Shown here: piece after piece, positions 34,530 through 59,360 of the stretch
Layout of the letters: each line of letters starts with the position of its first letter
Position numbering within the stretch: position 1 is the first letter of the stretch
Assembly: GCF_009834535.1 (NCBI RefSeq)
Contig: NC_045732.1
Location: 77,872,001 to 77,936,000 of the forward strand
DNA length: 64,000 bases
Source of the DNA: Camelus ferus
Taxonomy: Eukaryota
Reading direction: 5' to 3'
The notes under the pieces: model-generated
Databases searched by the model: none
Told to the model about the DNA's origin: nothing
Seen by the model: the letters and a program-made list of their open reading frames with translations, nothing else
Translations under genes and position numbers: made by a program

Positions 34530-37500
34530 TTGAGACCATACAGAAAAATGAACTTGACATGGGTTGTAGACCTAAAAGTGAAAGCTAAAACTCAAAAAAA
34601 AAAAAATCTAAATATAACATGGGAAAAAAATCTTTGTGACCTTGGCCTAGGCCAAGTTTTCCTGGACAGGATACAAAAAATAACCATAAAAGGAAAAGTT
34701 GACAAATTTGACTTCAGCAAAAATCCAGACTTTTGCTGTTTAAAAGATACTATTGTAAAAATGAAAAGACAAGCCACTGGCTTGGAGGAAAGAAATCTTT
34801 TTATGACAGAGGTCTTGTATCCAGAATATGTTTTTATATATATATATATGTATATATACACACACACATACATATAACTCCTGCAGATCAATAAAAATGA
34901 GACACACATCCTAATTTTTAAAAAACGATTTGAATAGACAATGTCACAAAAGACAATACAGGAATGGCAACAGCAAGAGAAAAGATGCTCACCATCTTCC
35001 TGGTGACAGCAAGCAGATTGGTACCCATGTGGGGCCAGGGGCAGGGGCCAGGGCTGCAGAGGGAACTCAGAGGGGCTTTTGGGCTGATGGAAAAGGTCTA
35101 TATCTCACACAGAGGTACAAATTTTTCAAAACTCGTTGAACTGTACATTTAAAGTGTGGTCATTTTACCATCTGCAAGTTATACCCCAATAAAGCTCATT
35201 TTAAAAGGAAAAAAGAAAAAGAAGGTAATTAATGAAATTGGTTACCTTAAGGAGTGGGAGGGAACCGGGTGGTAGGGATACAGGAAGGAGTGATGTTCAC
35301 CTGGGTGTCTCTTCTTATGTAGTTTTGACTTCTGGACACATGTTACTATTTTACATACTAAAAATTATCAAAGGGATGGGGGGGAAGCTAAAATTTATTA
35401 CAAACAGCAGTCCCAAGTGTATTTCAAATGAATAACATAACTGTATTAAAGGGCAATTAAAAAAAAAAGCTACCCAAGCAACGTTTAAATACAGCATTTT
35501 TTACTTTATGCCTGTAGTTTTAAGACAAAAGAAACCAAACAACAAAAATCTTGTAAAGAAATCACAAACCTCTCTTGGTAAGTTTGTTTGTCCTCGGGAT
35601 TTGCTATCCTGAAAATGCTCTCTATGGATTATTGGAGGATTAAACAAATGAGTGAATATATTGATGATATTGTAAGCCAGGTCTCCTAATGCTGAAGGGA
35701 GATACAAATGTAGACTGGGGAATTAAGGAAGGGCTCGGAACTTTTGCTGTGGAATTGGGATGGGAGGTATCAGTATGTAGTCAGGATTGTATGTATGTAT
35801 ATATATATGTATATGTATATGTAAATGTATATGTATATGTATATATACGTGACCTCTGTGTGTGTGTGTCTGTATAAAACCTGTGTGTATACACACATGG
35901 ACATACATACACATCCTAGCTATGTCCACTGATAGTGCCTAAGAGCATGACACTCTCCAGTAGCAATGAGCACCACTGGCTTGGTTTCTAAATATTATGC
36001 TCCCTAACAGGGAACTAGGGCTCCTTAGAAAAATTGCTGAGTCCAGGGCTGGGGCAAGAAAAGTACAAGATAATTTGATCATCAAAATGAACAGTTAGCA
36101 ATAATGGATTAAAATCAAGTTCCATGAGTGCACAGTGATAGGGAGTACATAGGTAGCAGAGGCACACTCCCTGACAGCAGAATGCCAACGAACGAATGCG
36201 GGAGCGATCGTGGAGGGAGAATAATCACTATTTTGTAACCATCAGAGTAATCATTGATTCAGACAAGAACTATCAATGTTTGAGTGACATTTTGATGAAG
36301 AAGAGAATATTTACCTAGTTTCAAAGTATCTTCCTACAAATCACTTTTTAGTTACAAAGGGAAAAAACAGTAACTGTCCACTTGAGAACCTGGCAGTCAC
36401 CACCTTAACCAAATGATCAAAGTTGACATCACAACGAAGGGACAAAATGATAACACTTGCCTCCTGATGAGAAGTACTGAGTGGGCCCAGCCTCCTGGCC
36501 AGATGGCCTGGCAGCCTTCCGATACCATACAGCCCGAGTCCTACCATGAGCAAACAGCAGACAAACCCAAAAGTGAGGACATCCCACCAAAGACCTGGCT
36601 TGCACTCTACAGAAAGGCTCATGTCATGCAAGGCCCAGAAAAGCAGAGGAACGTTTCAGATTAAAGGGGACCAAAGAGACGTGACAACTAAATGCCACGT
36701 GGGATCCTAGACTAGATCCTGGATCAGGAAAACAAAGCTATGAAGGACATTATGGGCACAATTGATGACATTTGAGTAAGAGCATAGATTAAATAATGTT
36801 ATTGTATCAACAGCAACATTTCAGACATTGATAGTCACACTGTGATTATGTAAGAGCCTATAGTAATTATAATCGCTTACATGTGGAATCTAAAAATAAG
36901 GACAGAAATGAACTACTTATTATTTATAACTTAGATAATTAATTTCTTGAATACGTGTAAGCCCATTTGACTGTCCTTTATGATTGGATTACTGCATTCT
37001 GTTGATTTTTATTTTGCGGTTGGCTTTATTCCTTTGATAACTATGTAGGTTTAAAAAGCTNNNNNNNNNNNNNNNNNNNNNNNNNNNNNNNNNNNNNNNN
37101 NNNNNNNNNNNNNNNNNNNNNNNNNNNNNNNNNNNNNNNNNNNNNNNNNNNNNNNNNNNNNNNNNNNNNNNNNNNNNNNNNNNNNNNNNNNNNNNNNNNG
37201 CTCTCCCCTACAAAAAAAAAAAAAAAAGCTAAAGCTCTAAACTGTTCTTAGAAACAATGAACAGTACATATATATAAATGAAAAAAAGAAATATCCAGAA
37301 TAGATAAATCCCCCCCAAAAGATCCTATAGTAATTATACAGTAATTATGCTTATGTTTTGAAATACAGAGTGACATATTTAGTAGTAAAGGGGCAAGGTG
37401 TATGCAACTTACTTAGACATACTTCAGAAAAATATTTTTATATATAATAAACATATAATATATGCACACACATGTGAGAGAGAGAGAATGAGAAAGCAAA

Positions 37501-39215
37501 TGGGACAAAATATGAATCTGGGTTAAGGGTACATGGGAGCTTTCTGTACTGTTCTTACAGCTTTTCTGTAAGCCTGAAATAATTTCCAATCATAAAAATT
37601 AAAAAGAAAGCAACCATTTCTATTCAACATTTGGCTGAGGGCATAGCCAGGGCAATTAGGTAACAAAATGAAATAAAAGGCATCCAGGTTGAAAAAGAAA
37701 AAGTAAAGCTATTTCTATTCTCAGATGACATAATCTTGTATGTGCAAAATCCTAATAAATCTGCCAAAAAAACCTATTAGAGCTAATAAACCAATTCAGC
37801 AAAGTTGCAGGATAAAAGATCACGACAGAAAAATTAATTGTATTTTTATACCCTAGCAATGAACAATCCTAAATGAAATTAAGAAAACAATTTCATTTAC
37901 AGTAGCATCATAAAGAATAAAATATTTAGGAATAAATTTAACAATAGAAATGCAAGAACTTGTACACTGTAAAGTACACAATAACATTGAAAGAAATGAA
38001 AGAAAACCTAAATAAATGGAAAGACATCTGTTTAGATAGGGCTTTCCAGATTAACAGAACAGGATACACACATACACGCACACACACACAATTTATTTTG
38101 AGGAATTAGCTCACGCAATTGTAGCAGCAAAGCTGGAGGGAGACTCAGGCACAATGTCTCTGTTACAGTCTTGAGGCAGAATATCTACTTCTCCTGGAAA
38201 CCTCAATTTTTGCTTTTAAGGTCTTCAATTGAATGGATAAGACTCAACAAGGGGAATATAGCCAATATTTTGTAATAACTGTAAATGAAGTGTAGCCTTT
38301 AAAAATCATATAAAAAATTTTAAAAAGAAAGAAAAATAGGCAAAGAACTTGAATAGACATTTCAGATTTCTTTGTATATCAAAAAAGATATCCAAATGGC
38401 CAATAAGCTCATGAAAAGATGCTCAACCTCATTGGTCACCAAGGAAATGCAAAACAAAACGAGATACCATTTCAAACCCACTAGGATGGCTGGAAACAAA
38501 AAGTCAGGTAACAACAAGTGTTGGTGAGGATGTGGAGACATTGGAACCCTCATACACCTGCTGATGGGAATGTAAAATGGTGCAGCTACTTTGGAAAGCG
38601 GTTTGGCCATTTTTCTTAAAATGTTCAAAATGGAGTTATCACATGTCCCAGCAGTTCCACTCCTAGGTGGAAGGGGAATAAAGAGGTATTCACACAAAAA
38701 CTTAAAGACAAATGCTGTAGCAGCATTATTCACAACAGCCTAAAGATGGAAACAACCCAAATGTCCACCAGTTGATGAATGGAAAAATAAATTGTGGTAT
38801 ATCCAAGTCATGGGGTATTATTTGGCCCCAGAAAGAAATGGAGTCCTGATAACTTGCTACAATATGGATGAACCTTGAAAACAGTATGCTCAGTATGAAA
38901 GAATCTAGACACAAAAGATGTTCATTCATTTACATGAGAAGTTCAGAACAGGGAAATCTGAAGTCAGAAAGTTGATTACTGGGTGCCAGGGGCTGGGGCA
39001 GGAGGAGGGGCACGGGGGTGGTTGAGGGACAGACTGGGTAGTGACTGCTAATGGGCACATGGGGGTTTGCTTTCCGGGCGACTGAACACTTTTTGGAATT
39101 GATAGTTGGGATGGTTGCATAACTTTGTGATCATATTAAAAGTCATTGAATGTTACCCTTTAAATGAGTGACTTATATGGTAGATGAATCACATCTCAAT
39201 AAAGCTGTTTAGAAA
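34530..39215 (+). mobile_element. Long tract of decayed LINE-1 (L1M/L1MB/L1MC-like), with an MLT2-like LTR piece (~38035-38230) and TA/TG microsatellites (~34835-34870, ~35790-35900)
   Basis: ORF2 motifs at 37600-38030 and 38330-38900. L1 3' end TGAATCACATCTCAATAAAGCTG at ~39185-39210. No open ORF2. Confidence 0.7.
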
Positions 39216-39299
39216 GAAAAGGAAAAAGAAACCAAGGGAATGCAAAGCCCAGATTCAGGGCCAAGGCGGATGCTGGGGAAGGGGCCAGGGGTAAATGGC

Positions 39300-40330
39300 T
39301 GGATATTTGCAGGTTATTAGGCGCGGGCCCTCCGGATTACGGACCCTCACAGGGAGAGTGTTCTGAACAAGGACCCACGGGTCCTCGGCCGGTGCGCGCC
39401 TGTAGGGCCGGGACATGCGAGGCCGCGCACCCGCAGCAGGTGGCCCGGGACGCGCCTCGGAGCGCGTGGGCCGGGCGGGGCGGGGCGGGAAGGGGTCTGC
39501 GCGTGCCCGAGGCTGCCGCGCGCACCCGGGGCCCTAGGGGGTGTGGCGTGAGGGCGCGCGGGTCCCAGGGTTGCCCGAGGCAGCGGGCCGGGGGGAGGGG
39601 GAAAGGCGCGCGCCGCGGACGCGGCCATTGCGCCGGGGGAGTCGGCTCGCTGGGCCGGGACCTCGGCCGCTCAGAGAGGCACGGGCGGCGCCCTGGGCCT
39701 CTCCCCGGCCCTGGGGAGAAGGAGCCCCAGCCCGCGAGCCCTCCTGCTGGGCCCTCCCTGGGCGCCCCTGCTCGACGCGGTGGTACGGTCCGGATTTAAA
39801 AGGCCCCGGCGGCCGCGGGCCGGCCCAGTGTGTGGGCGGCGGCGGCGCTGGCGTGCGGGGTGTAGGCCGTGGGGCGCGGCGGCGGGGGCGCGCGAGCGGG
39901 GCCGGTGTGCGGCTCGAAGGCGCGTCCACGTGGCCCGCAGCCGGCCACCGGGAGCCAGCGGCGGCGAAGGGACAGGTAGGTGGCCACCATCCCCCGCCGC
40001 CTGTGCAGGGCCAGCCTGCTGGGCGGCTGGGGGGCTCCAGCAGCCGAGGGGGTCAGCTCGTCCTCGAAAGGGTCGGGCTCTGTCCCTGCCTCTCCGGCGC
40101 CGGCCCGACTGGTCCTTCGTGCCCGGCGCCAGTAGGGACGGCCTGTCCGTGGCCAGCCCCCTGCCTAATGGGGACCCTTTGTGGCGGAGGAGCGGCTCCT
40201 GCAAGGGCTGCTGTGGCGCCTCCATCCAGTAGGCTTTCCGTGGGTCTGCCGAGGGGGGTGCCCCTGGTGGGGGCAGGGCGAGCTGGGCCAGCAGCACCGA
40301 GCAAGGCATTGGGGAGCCGGCGCTAGAACC
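39300..40330 (+). promoter_or_regulatory. PLXNA3 CpG-island promoter with TATA-like ATTTAAAA (39794-39801)
   Basis: Abrupt switch from AT-rich L1 debris to CpG-dense sequence, with GC boxes and a TATA-like element upstream of the putative exon 1. Confidence 0.75.
39826..39975 (+). other. PLXNA3: PLXNA3 non-coding exon 1 (5' UTR)
   Basis: GC-rich segment ~25-30 nt downstream of a TATA-like ATTTAAAA (39794-39801), ending at the donor ACAG|GTAGGT (39975/39976). It would splice to the acceptor CTCAG|G at 41831/41832, 27 nt before the ATG. The 5' end is an estimate. Confidence 0.65.
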
Positions 40331-41858
40331 TGGTCTCTACGAGAGTCTGCTCCCATCCTTGGGCTCTGCTGGCAGGGTTATAGCAGAGAGATTGGGTGTG
40401 CCTTTGATGCCCCAAACTTCCACTTACAGGCTGAGGTTTAGGATAGGCACTTGGGCTGCAAATCCTGCCTCTCCAGGTCTCCCTCCCGACCTGTCCTATC
40501 CCCATTCTTAGGCTTTTATTCGTGTGCGGTGTGGAGGAGGTGAGGGTGGCATGAGGCCTGCCTTCTCTGTCTTCCTTTCTTCTCTGGCTGTTGCATCCAG
40601 GGGTCCAAGATGCGGACCTGACAAAAGAGCCCTGGAGAGATGATCAGTCTGAGCTGAAACTTTGCAGTTTCAAGCTGGGTCTGCGTCTTGTTCTAGTATA
40701 TGCATATTTTCTTTTTTCTGTGCCCCCTTGGTTTGGTTCCCTGCACCCCACCAAGCTGGGTACCTTGTGTGTCCCTTGGGGCTTGGGCACTGCAAGGGTA
40801 TTGCTGAGCCCTGCCCCGTTGGCTGTCACGACACTGCTCTGCTGTCTTTGCTGCCTGGAGCTGGCTGAGGCCTGGGTGTGGCCTAGGAGTGAAGACCCAG
40901 CCAAGCCCAGTACTGCTCCTGTGGCCCACCCGCCCCCATCTCCGCAAGGTCTTGGCTGTATTTGAGAATGTTGCACCCCTTCCATAGGGCAACGTGGGCC
41001 CCCTTGCATCCCCCCTTCTCCAGCTGACCTCTGGATTTGGAGGGAGAGCTGTGTAGGGCTGCATGGGCATTTGTCTGGCTGTGCCCAAGCAGAGCCTGAC
41101 ATATGTCCATCTCCGTGCTTGGCTGTGGGGGCAGGCTCGACTTGGCTTTGTGTTGCAGCCAGGAGGCCAGATAGCAGGCTCCTGGTCAGCCAGCAGAGGG
41201 AGGCCCTTGGGGTGAGGAGGCAGCTGGGGCCAGGAACGTGGATGTGGAGTCCCTTGGTCCCTTCTGGTCTCAGGCTTTGATGCCTCTGCCCTCTGCCCCG
41301 GGGTTGTGTCCTAACAGTCCCCCGCATTTGCGATTGTTCTCTCCCTACCTTTTCCCCTTCCCCCAACTAGGGTGTGGGGCGTGTTCCTGGCCTTGGCTTG
41401 CCTGCCATTTGCTCTTGTGTGCAGTTGCTCTTGTGTGCGGCCGTCCACCCTCAGCTCTGTGATCTGGTGTTTGGGTTCTCCTTCCAGGAGAGTCTCCCAC
41501 CCTGCCTTTCCTGGCATCTGGCTCTGCTGCCCCCTTGGGTGTGGCCCAGCTGAGGCGAGGCCTCCTGGCTCCTTTCCAGCAGTGGGTGGGGGATGATTGA
41601 TGGCCCCCAAGCCTGCCCGCGCTTGCTGCTCACTCGTGCGCCCTGCTGGAGGCCCCTCCTCTCCATCAGCCATGGTCACCGTCTGGGGCTCTGGTGTGGT
41701 GGTGGGTGAGTGGCCTCTACCCTCTGTGGCATGGCTCTCAGCCTGCCGGGGGCCCTAGACCAGGCAGGGTCGGGAGAGGGTGGGCATCCTGGGTTGGGGG
41801 CTTCTGACTCACACTCATTGTCTCTCCTCAGGCCCGTCCCTGGGTGCAGCCACCAGCC

Positions 41859-54374
<12,516 letters not shown>

Positions 54375-55323
54375 GGGTGGCGGAACCGGTGAGGAGGGGG
54401 CTTCTCAGTCCTGAGCCGTCTTCGCGTCCCTCCCGGGAAGGGGGCGTCCCACGCCTGGGTCTCGGGCTGAGCCCTGGGCCCGGGGCGCAGGAAAGGACAT
54501 CGGGCCAAGATGCCCCCGGCGCCCCGGGTCCCCTTCATTAGTGCCTTGCCTTGGGCCCTGTGTGGGGAGGGGTGACAGGACTAAGCCCCCCACCCCGGCA
54601 GCAGCAATACCCCCCGCCCTCGTGCGCAGGCGTCGTGACGGCCCCTGACCCCTTTACTATTTATACCCCGACCACCTATTTATTTAATTTATCTCTCCTC
54701 ACCATCTCCATCTGTGAATCCCCGCCCCCAACGCCCTCCCCGGGGATGCTCCAAGATACACGCACCTCCTCTCCGTGCGCCCCCTGGCTCCCCTGTGACA
54801 GTCAGCCTTGGCCTGGCCTCTGGCCCCTCACCCTGGCCGAGGCTGCCCCCCACCCACTCCGAGAGGGGGCCTGGGCACCAGCAGCACTCCGGGTGGGTGA
54901 TGACCCCGAAGCTGCCCTCCGACGGTGGCTGTGCCAAGGGGGGGGGGGGGGCCGAGGAAGCCCCTCCGAGCCTCTCGGGGATGGGACTGGAAACTCCTCC
55001 CAGGGCCCTGTTCTCCCTGAGCGCCTCGGGAGCTGTAACCAGGCTCGTCCGTCCGGGGCCTGCCCCTCCTTCTCCGGGCCCTACCTCCACATCCCTCCGT
55101 GTGGTCTGCGCGCGCCCAGACCCTCCCCCTCCGCTGCCCTGTCCCGTCCTGGTCCTGGGCCTGCCCGAGGGGCCGGGGCCGAGGCAGCAGTGCCTTACTC
55201 CTTTGCTCTTCTGCCTCCTCTGAGGAAGCGGACCCCCGTCCCGCGGGCCTGGACACCCAATTTGCTCCTTTTTTCCTTCTTGCATGAGGATTTCTTTGTT
55301 CATGTAATTTTTTTTCCCCTCCA

Positions 55324-55329
55324 ATTAAA
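55324..55329 (+). terminator. PLXNA3 candidate polyadenylation signal ATTAAA
   Basis: ATTAAA ~950 nt after the stop, preceded by a T-rich upstream element. Confidence 0.55.
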
Positions 55330-57355
55330 GTTGCGAGAATGCAGCCGGTGCGCGCCTTTGTCGGGGGGTGGGGGGAGGTGGCTGTTCCAGGCACGTGGAA
55401 GCAGGTGGGGAGACGGTTGGACTCTGGCTCAGCTGGACCCGCTGTGCGGGAGGAAGGGTGACTCACTGCAGGGTTTCTGAGGATTTGAGGAGGTCCAGGG
55501 CCCTGCCACTCCATCAGCAAGTCCTGGTGGCTCCATCTTCCAGGTCCATTCAGTCTGTTTCTTTCTCCCCACCTCCACGGCCCCCAGACGGGTCCAGGCC
55601 GCCCTTGTCTCTTACCTGGAAGCCAGTGTCCCCGTTTCTGCCCCGGCTTTGTCTTTGTCTCTGAGTAAGAGGGGAGCCTGAGGGGTTTGGAACAGAGGAG
55701 CTTTGTGACCTGACTTAGGTGTTAAAGCCTCCAGCAGCTTGTGAGGTCCACCCGTGGGTGGAGTCACGGCAGCAGACCATGGTGGTGGATACACAACTCT
55801 GTGTTTGCTGAAACTCCTAATTTACAGTATGGAAGTCAGACCCGGCTCAACCTGACTTCAAACACAAACAAGTAAACACAAAGAGGTAAAAGAATACAGC
55901 GAAAGCGGTGTGGTTCAGGATCAGGAGTCAAGCCCTGACCAAGGGACGTCCCAGGACAAAGCTGTGCAGGCAGGCGGCCCACAGAGAACCAGACAGGAAG
56001 GGGAGAGAACTCGCCGAGGAAGATGGCCTTAAAACAACCACTATGTGGTTACGGAAACTAAGCCAATGAAGAAAACAAGGTCATTTTTAACCTCAGGGGA
56101 AAAAGAAACCCCAGTAAATGAAGAGAACAAAACCATTTGGGGAGGAGGGGGAGGGGAAACGGGGCAGTGGCATGAAAGAGCTAAATTCTCACCTCCCCAT
56201 CAAGAAGCGAGGTCTTAAAAAACGATTTTTTAAAAAGGGAGAAAGAAAAAGAACCTCACTGAAGCCACCACAGCTGCTGCACGCGGTCAGGTGAGACTCT
56301 CCATCACCGTCGTCACATCACGACCACCGCCACCATCCCCACCGACAGCACCTCCCTCCCTCCAGCCCACGTCAGGGTGCTCCAGGTTCTGTAAGGCAGG
56401 CTGTTCACCTGTGTGGAGTGACAGGGACCGGATCTGCCCTGCCACTTAACCTGAAAGAACTCCCTAGAACCAGGCAAAATACATGAAACACAGGCTGTGA
56501 AGAGGGTGGCTGTCGGGCGGGGAAGGACAGTCAGGGCTCTCTGGGAGACGAGAAAGGAAGAGGGAAGCCGTGCACTGGCCCCAGCTCACTGTCCCAGAGA
56601 CCTTCCAGACGGAGTCCAGCCGGCTCCCTGGGTCTGGGGCCAGCCTGGTGGGCGGAGGACTGGAGAGGAGGGAGCCCTGCACCCGGGCAGAGGGTCCCAC
56701 GGGAGGACACACAGACCACCGAGCAGCACAGGCTCCTGAGGAAACTGAGGCCGGGGACTGGGCCACCCCAGTGGATGAAAGGTAACTGCCCAGCGCTCAA
56801 GCAAGACAGGGACTTGCAGCTGTCCCCGCCGGCCAGAAGGGCAAACCTCGCCATTCAACAGGCATCGGGCCAGGGCTCAGAAGGGTGGACAAAAGATGGC
56901 TCCTCCACTGAAAGCCGCTCTGGTCCCAGGCAGCAGACCTTGAAAGACTCCAAGGGCAAAGGCTCAGTGTCTGACACTGAATCAAAAACTACCAGGGGAT
57001 ACAGAGCAGGAAAATCCAACCCTTAACTAGGAGAGAAATTCATCGCTGAACGGCCTCCAGATTGGAAAGGAAGAGGTAACACTGCCTTCATTCCGAGAAG
57101 ACATGATCACCTACGGGGAACACCCAACGGCAGCTACAAAAGAGCTACTAGAATAAGTGAGTTTAGCAAGGCTGCAGGATATGACATCTTTTCCCAGGAG
57201 CCACCTCCTTCTAACTAAAGGCTTAAACCATGGTCCCAGCACTTTTCCTTCACTGGCCTGAGAGCAGGCCAGTGAGCCACAAAGCTCCTACTGTGGTGTT
57301 TCCGGGTTGTTTCCTCTTCTCAAGCAAACCAAGTTTTTAAAAAATTTTGCCGAGG

Positions 57356-57489
57356 TTGGGAGGGTTTTGCTCAGTGGTAGAGTGCCTGCTTAGCATACTC
57401 GAGGTACTGGGTTCAATCCCCAGTACCTCCATTAAGAAACAAACAAACCAACCTAGTTACCCACCCCCCACCCCCCAATTTTTTTTTTT
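57356..57489 (+). mobile_element. Camelid tRNA-derived SINE (Vic-1-like)
   Basis: Perfect 14-bp TSD AAATTTTGCCGAGG at 57342-57355 and 57490-57503. Confidence 0.88.
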
Positions 57490-58274
57490 AAATTTTGCCG
57501 AGGAGACGCAGTGGTGACAAGGATGTGGGCAACCAGCATTCTGGTGGGACAGTACATTTTCTGGAGAGCAATTCCACACTTCAGATTGAGAACTGTAAAC
57601 ATTTAACCAATTCTACCTCTTTTAACCTATCTTAAGAATCATTCATGCAAAGATTTATACACAAGAATTCCACTGAATCTTTACTTATAACATGTCAAAA
57701 ATTGACAGTGATTTAAATGCTCAATAATGTTATCTTTTACGTATCCCTTCAATAATGCTTTCGAAGAATTGTTAGGATAAAAAGTTCACGTTAGATGAAA
57801 AATATCAGGAAAAATGCTAAGCTTGCAAAATATATATTATTGTTATACATTTGGTACATAAATACAACTATAAAACTAAGGAAATGTTCCAGAATGGTGA
57901 CAGTAGTTAATACTGGGTGACAGGACCTCTCTTCTTCCACATCTTAAACTGTCTTCAATTACGTTGTGCTATTTGAAAATCTGGATCCCAGAACCTCCCC
58001 TCCAACCAGAGGACAAAGGCAGGAACATTTGGAGGTGCCACAGTTGAAAACGAATTCAGACACAGCATCATAGCTCAGTGTTATTTTCTGTAGTTAATAA
58101 GCATTTAAGCACCAAACAAACCAAGGGGACCCTGAGCGCCCAAGCGCCAGTACAGGCAAAAGAGGAGGCCCCACAGTGAAGCGGCTACTACTGTGGGGGT
58201 CACCCCCCTAGGAAGGATGCGCTGTCTAGGAAGGGACACAAGGTTTGACCTTAACCTCCTTCCCCCTCCCTGGC

Positions 58275-59298
58275 TTAGCGGGAAACAGGGGGCCCAAAGC
58301 GCTGCAGGGTCCGCATCACCAGAGCTAGCTGGTCCAGAAAGTTGACGATGGAAATTCGCAGGAGGCGGGAATCTTCAGCTCTCCAGCGGCTGAAAGGGAG
58401 GGAAAAAGAAAACCCAGTTGGAGGGAGGTGCTAAGTCCCACCGTCCCCGCCCTGCTCGTCTATGACCCTGCGCCCTTTGCCATCTCCCTTAGAGTGCCCC
58501 TCAGGTGGAGCTGGGTGCAGCGCACCGGGTCACCTCCCTAGGCCCAACCCTTGAGTGGCCCCACGTTGCCAATCGAGCGCCCCTCCGGGCAGACCCGGCC
58601 ACCTGCCGCCCCTCCCCATCAGCCCCTTCTAGAACTTACACCGCCAGGAGGCTGCCGCTGACTGTGAGCTCCTTCCGAACCGCCCCTCGGTGGGGTTCGG
58701 CATCTGGGGCCAGGGACCCACGGGCGATCTCCGCCTCCAAGGTGGACGGGAAAGGCACGTCTAGGGCGCTGGCGAGATTCGGTTAAGGCACCATCCACGT
58801 AGCTTCTGTGCGCTGGGCCCTGTCTCCGGCCCCCCCTGACTAGCCCCAGCCCCTTCGGGGCCGCTTCCATCCCACTCCTGGCCCATTCTAATGCACCCCA
58901 GCCACCCCGGTGCCCCCTGCTCTCATTTTTTCTCCCCCCGCCGTGCCTGGCCCGTACCCCGCAGCCCGAGTCCCCCTTCTCCCCTTCGCTCCCTGGCTGC
59001 CCCTGACTCATCTGGTCCTCTGTCCCACCTCCCACAGCAGGCAGCCCCCAGCCCATTCTCCGCTGCCCCCTCGGGCAGGATGCAATTCGTGCAGTCGGCT
59101 TCTCGGCCTTCCGGCCGTGGACATGGGGTTTCCGCCCGGCCCCGAAGTGGGCTGTGCTGGCGCTACACGCGGAGCTCCGCCGGCTGCAGCGGCTGCTACC
59201 CCTGCGCCTCCGGGGCTGCCCAGGCCATCCTGACGGTCCCGGGCTCCAGCGCCGCCCGCCGCGCCGCCTGCGCTCGCCTCCGCGCCCGCCGCCTGCAT
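58275..59298 (-). CDS. LAGE3: EKC/KEOPS complex subunit LAGE3 (Pcc1 orthologue), 3 exons, 152 aa
   Basis: Exons on the minus strand: 59298-59084, 58768-58640, 58389-58275 (459 nt). Protein MQAAGAEASAGG...SRLHEF|ALDVPFPSTLEAEIARGSLAPDAEPHRGAVRKELTVSGSLLAV|RWRAEDSRLLRISIVNFLDQLALVMRTLQRFGPPVSR matches recalled human LAGE3, including the identical C-terminus RFGPPVSR. Intron 1 is GC-AG and intron 2 is GT-AG. Confidence 0.95.
58769..59083 (-). other. LAGE3: LAGE3 intron 1: U12-type (minor) intron signature with a GC donor
   Basis: 5' end GCATCCTG (59083-59076). Branch-point sequence CCTTAAC (58788-58782) is followed by only 13 nt to the CAG acceptor, with no polypyrimidine tract. Confidence 0.8.
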
Positions 59299-59360
59299 GG
59301 CTGCCGCGCTCCGCCTCCGACTCCGCCCTCCGGACGCCGGTCGGCTCGCCGCGCCCACCA

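Noticed and set aside
37600-38900. Functional L1 ORF2
   Set aside because: It is fragmented by stops, frameshifts and nested insertions, and no long ORF appears in the six-frame track.
59034-59036. In-frame GT donor (CT|GTGGGA) as the main LAGE3 exon 1 donor
   Set aside because: It is a weak U2 site, adds 16 residues absent from orthologues, and would pair with an acceptor that has a U12 branch point and no pyrimidine tract. I kept it only as a possible cryptic site.
58275-59298. Identity as a CTAG1/CTAG2 (NY-ESO-1/LAGE-1) cancer-testis gene
   Set aside because: The junction SRLHEF resembles that family, but the C-terminus (RISIVNFLDQLALVMRTLQRFGPPVSR) and the position next to PLXNA3 match LAGE3.
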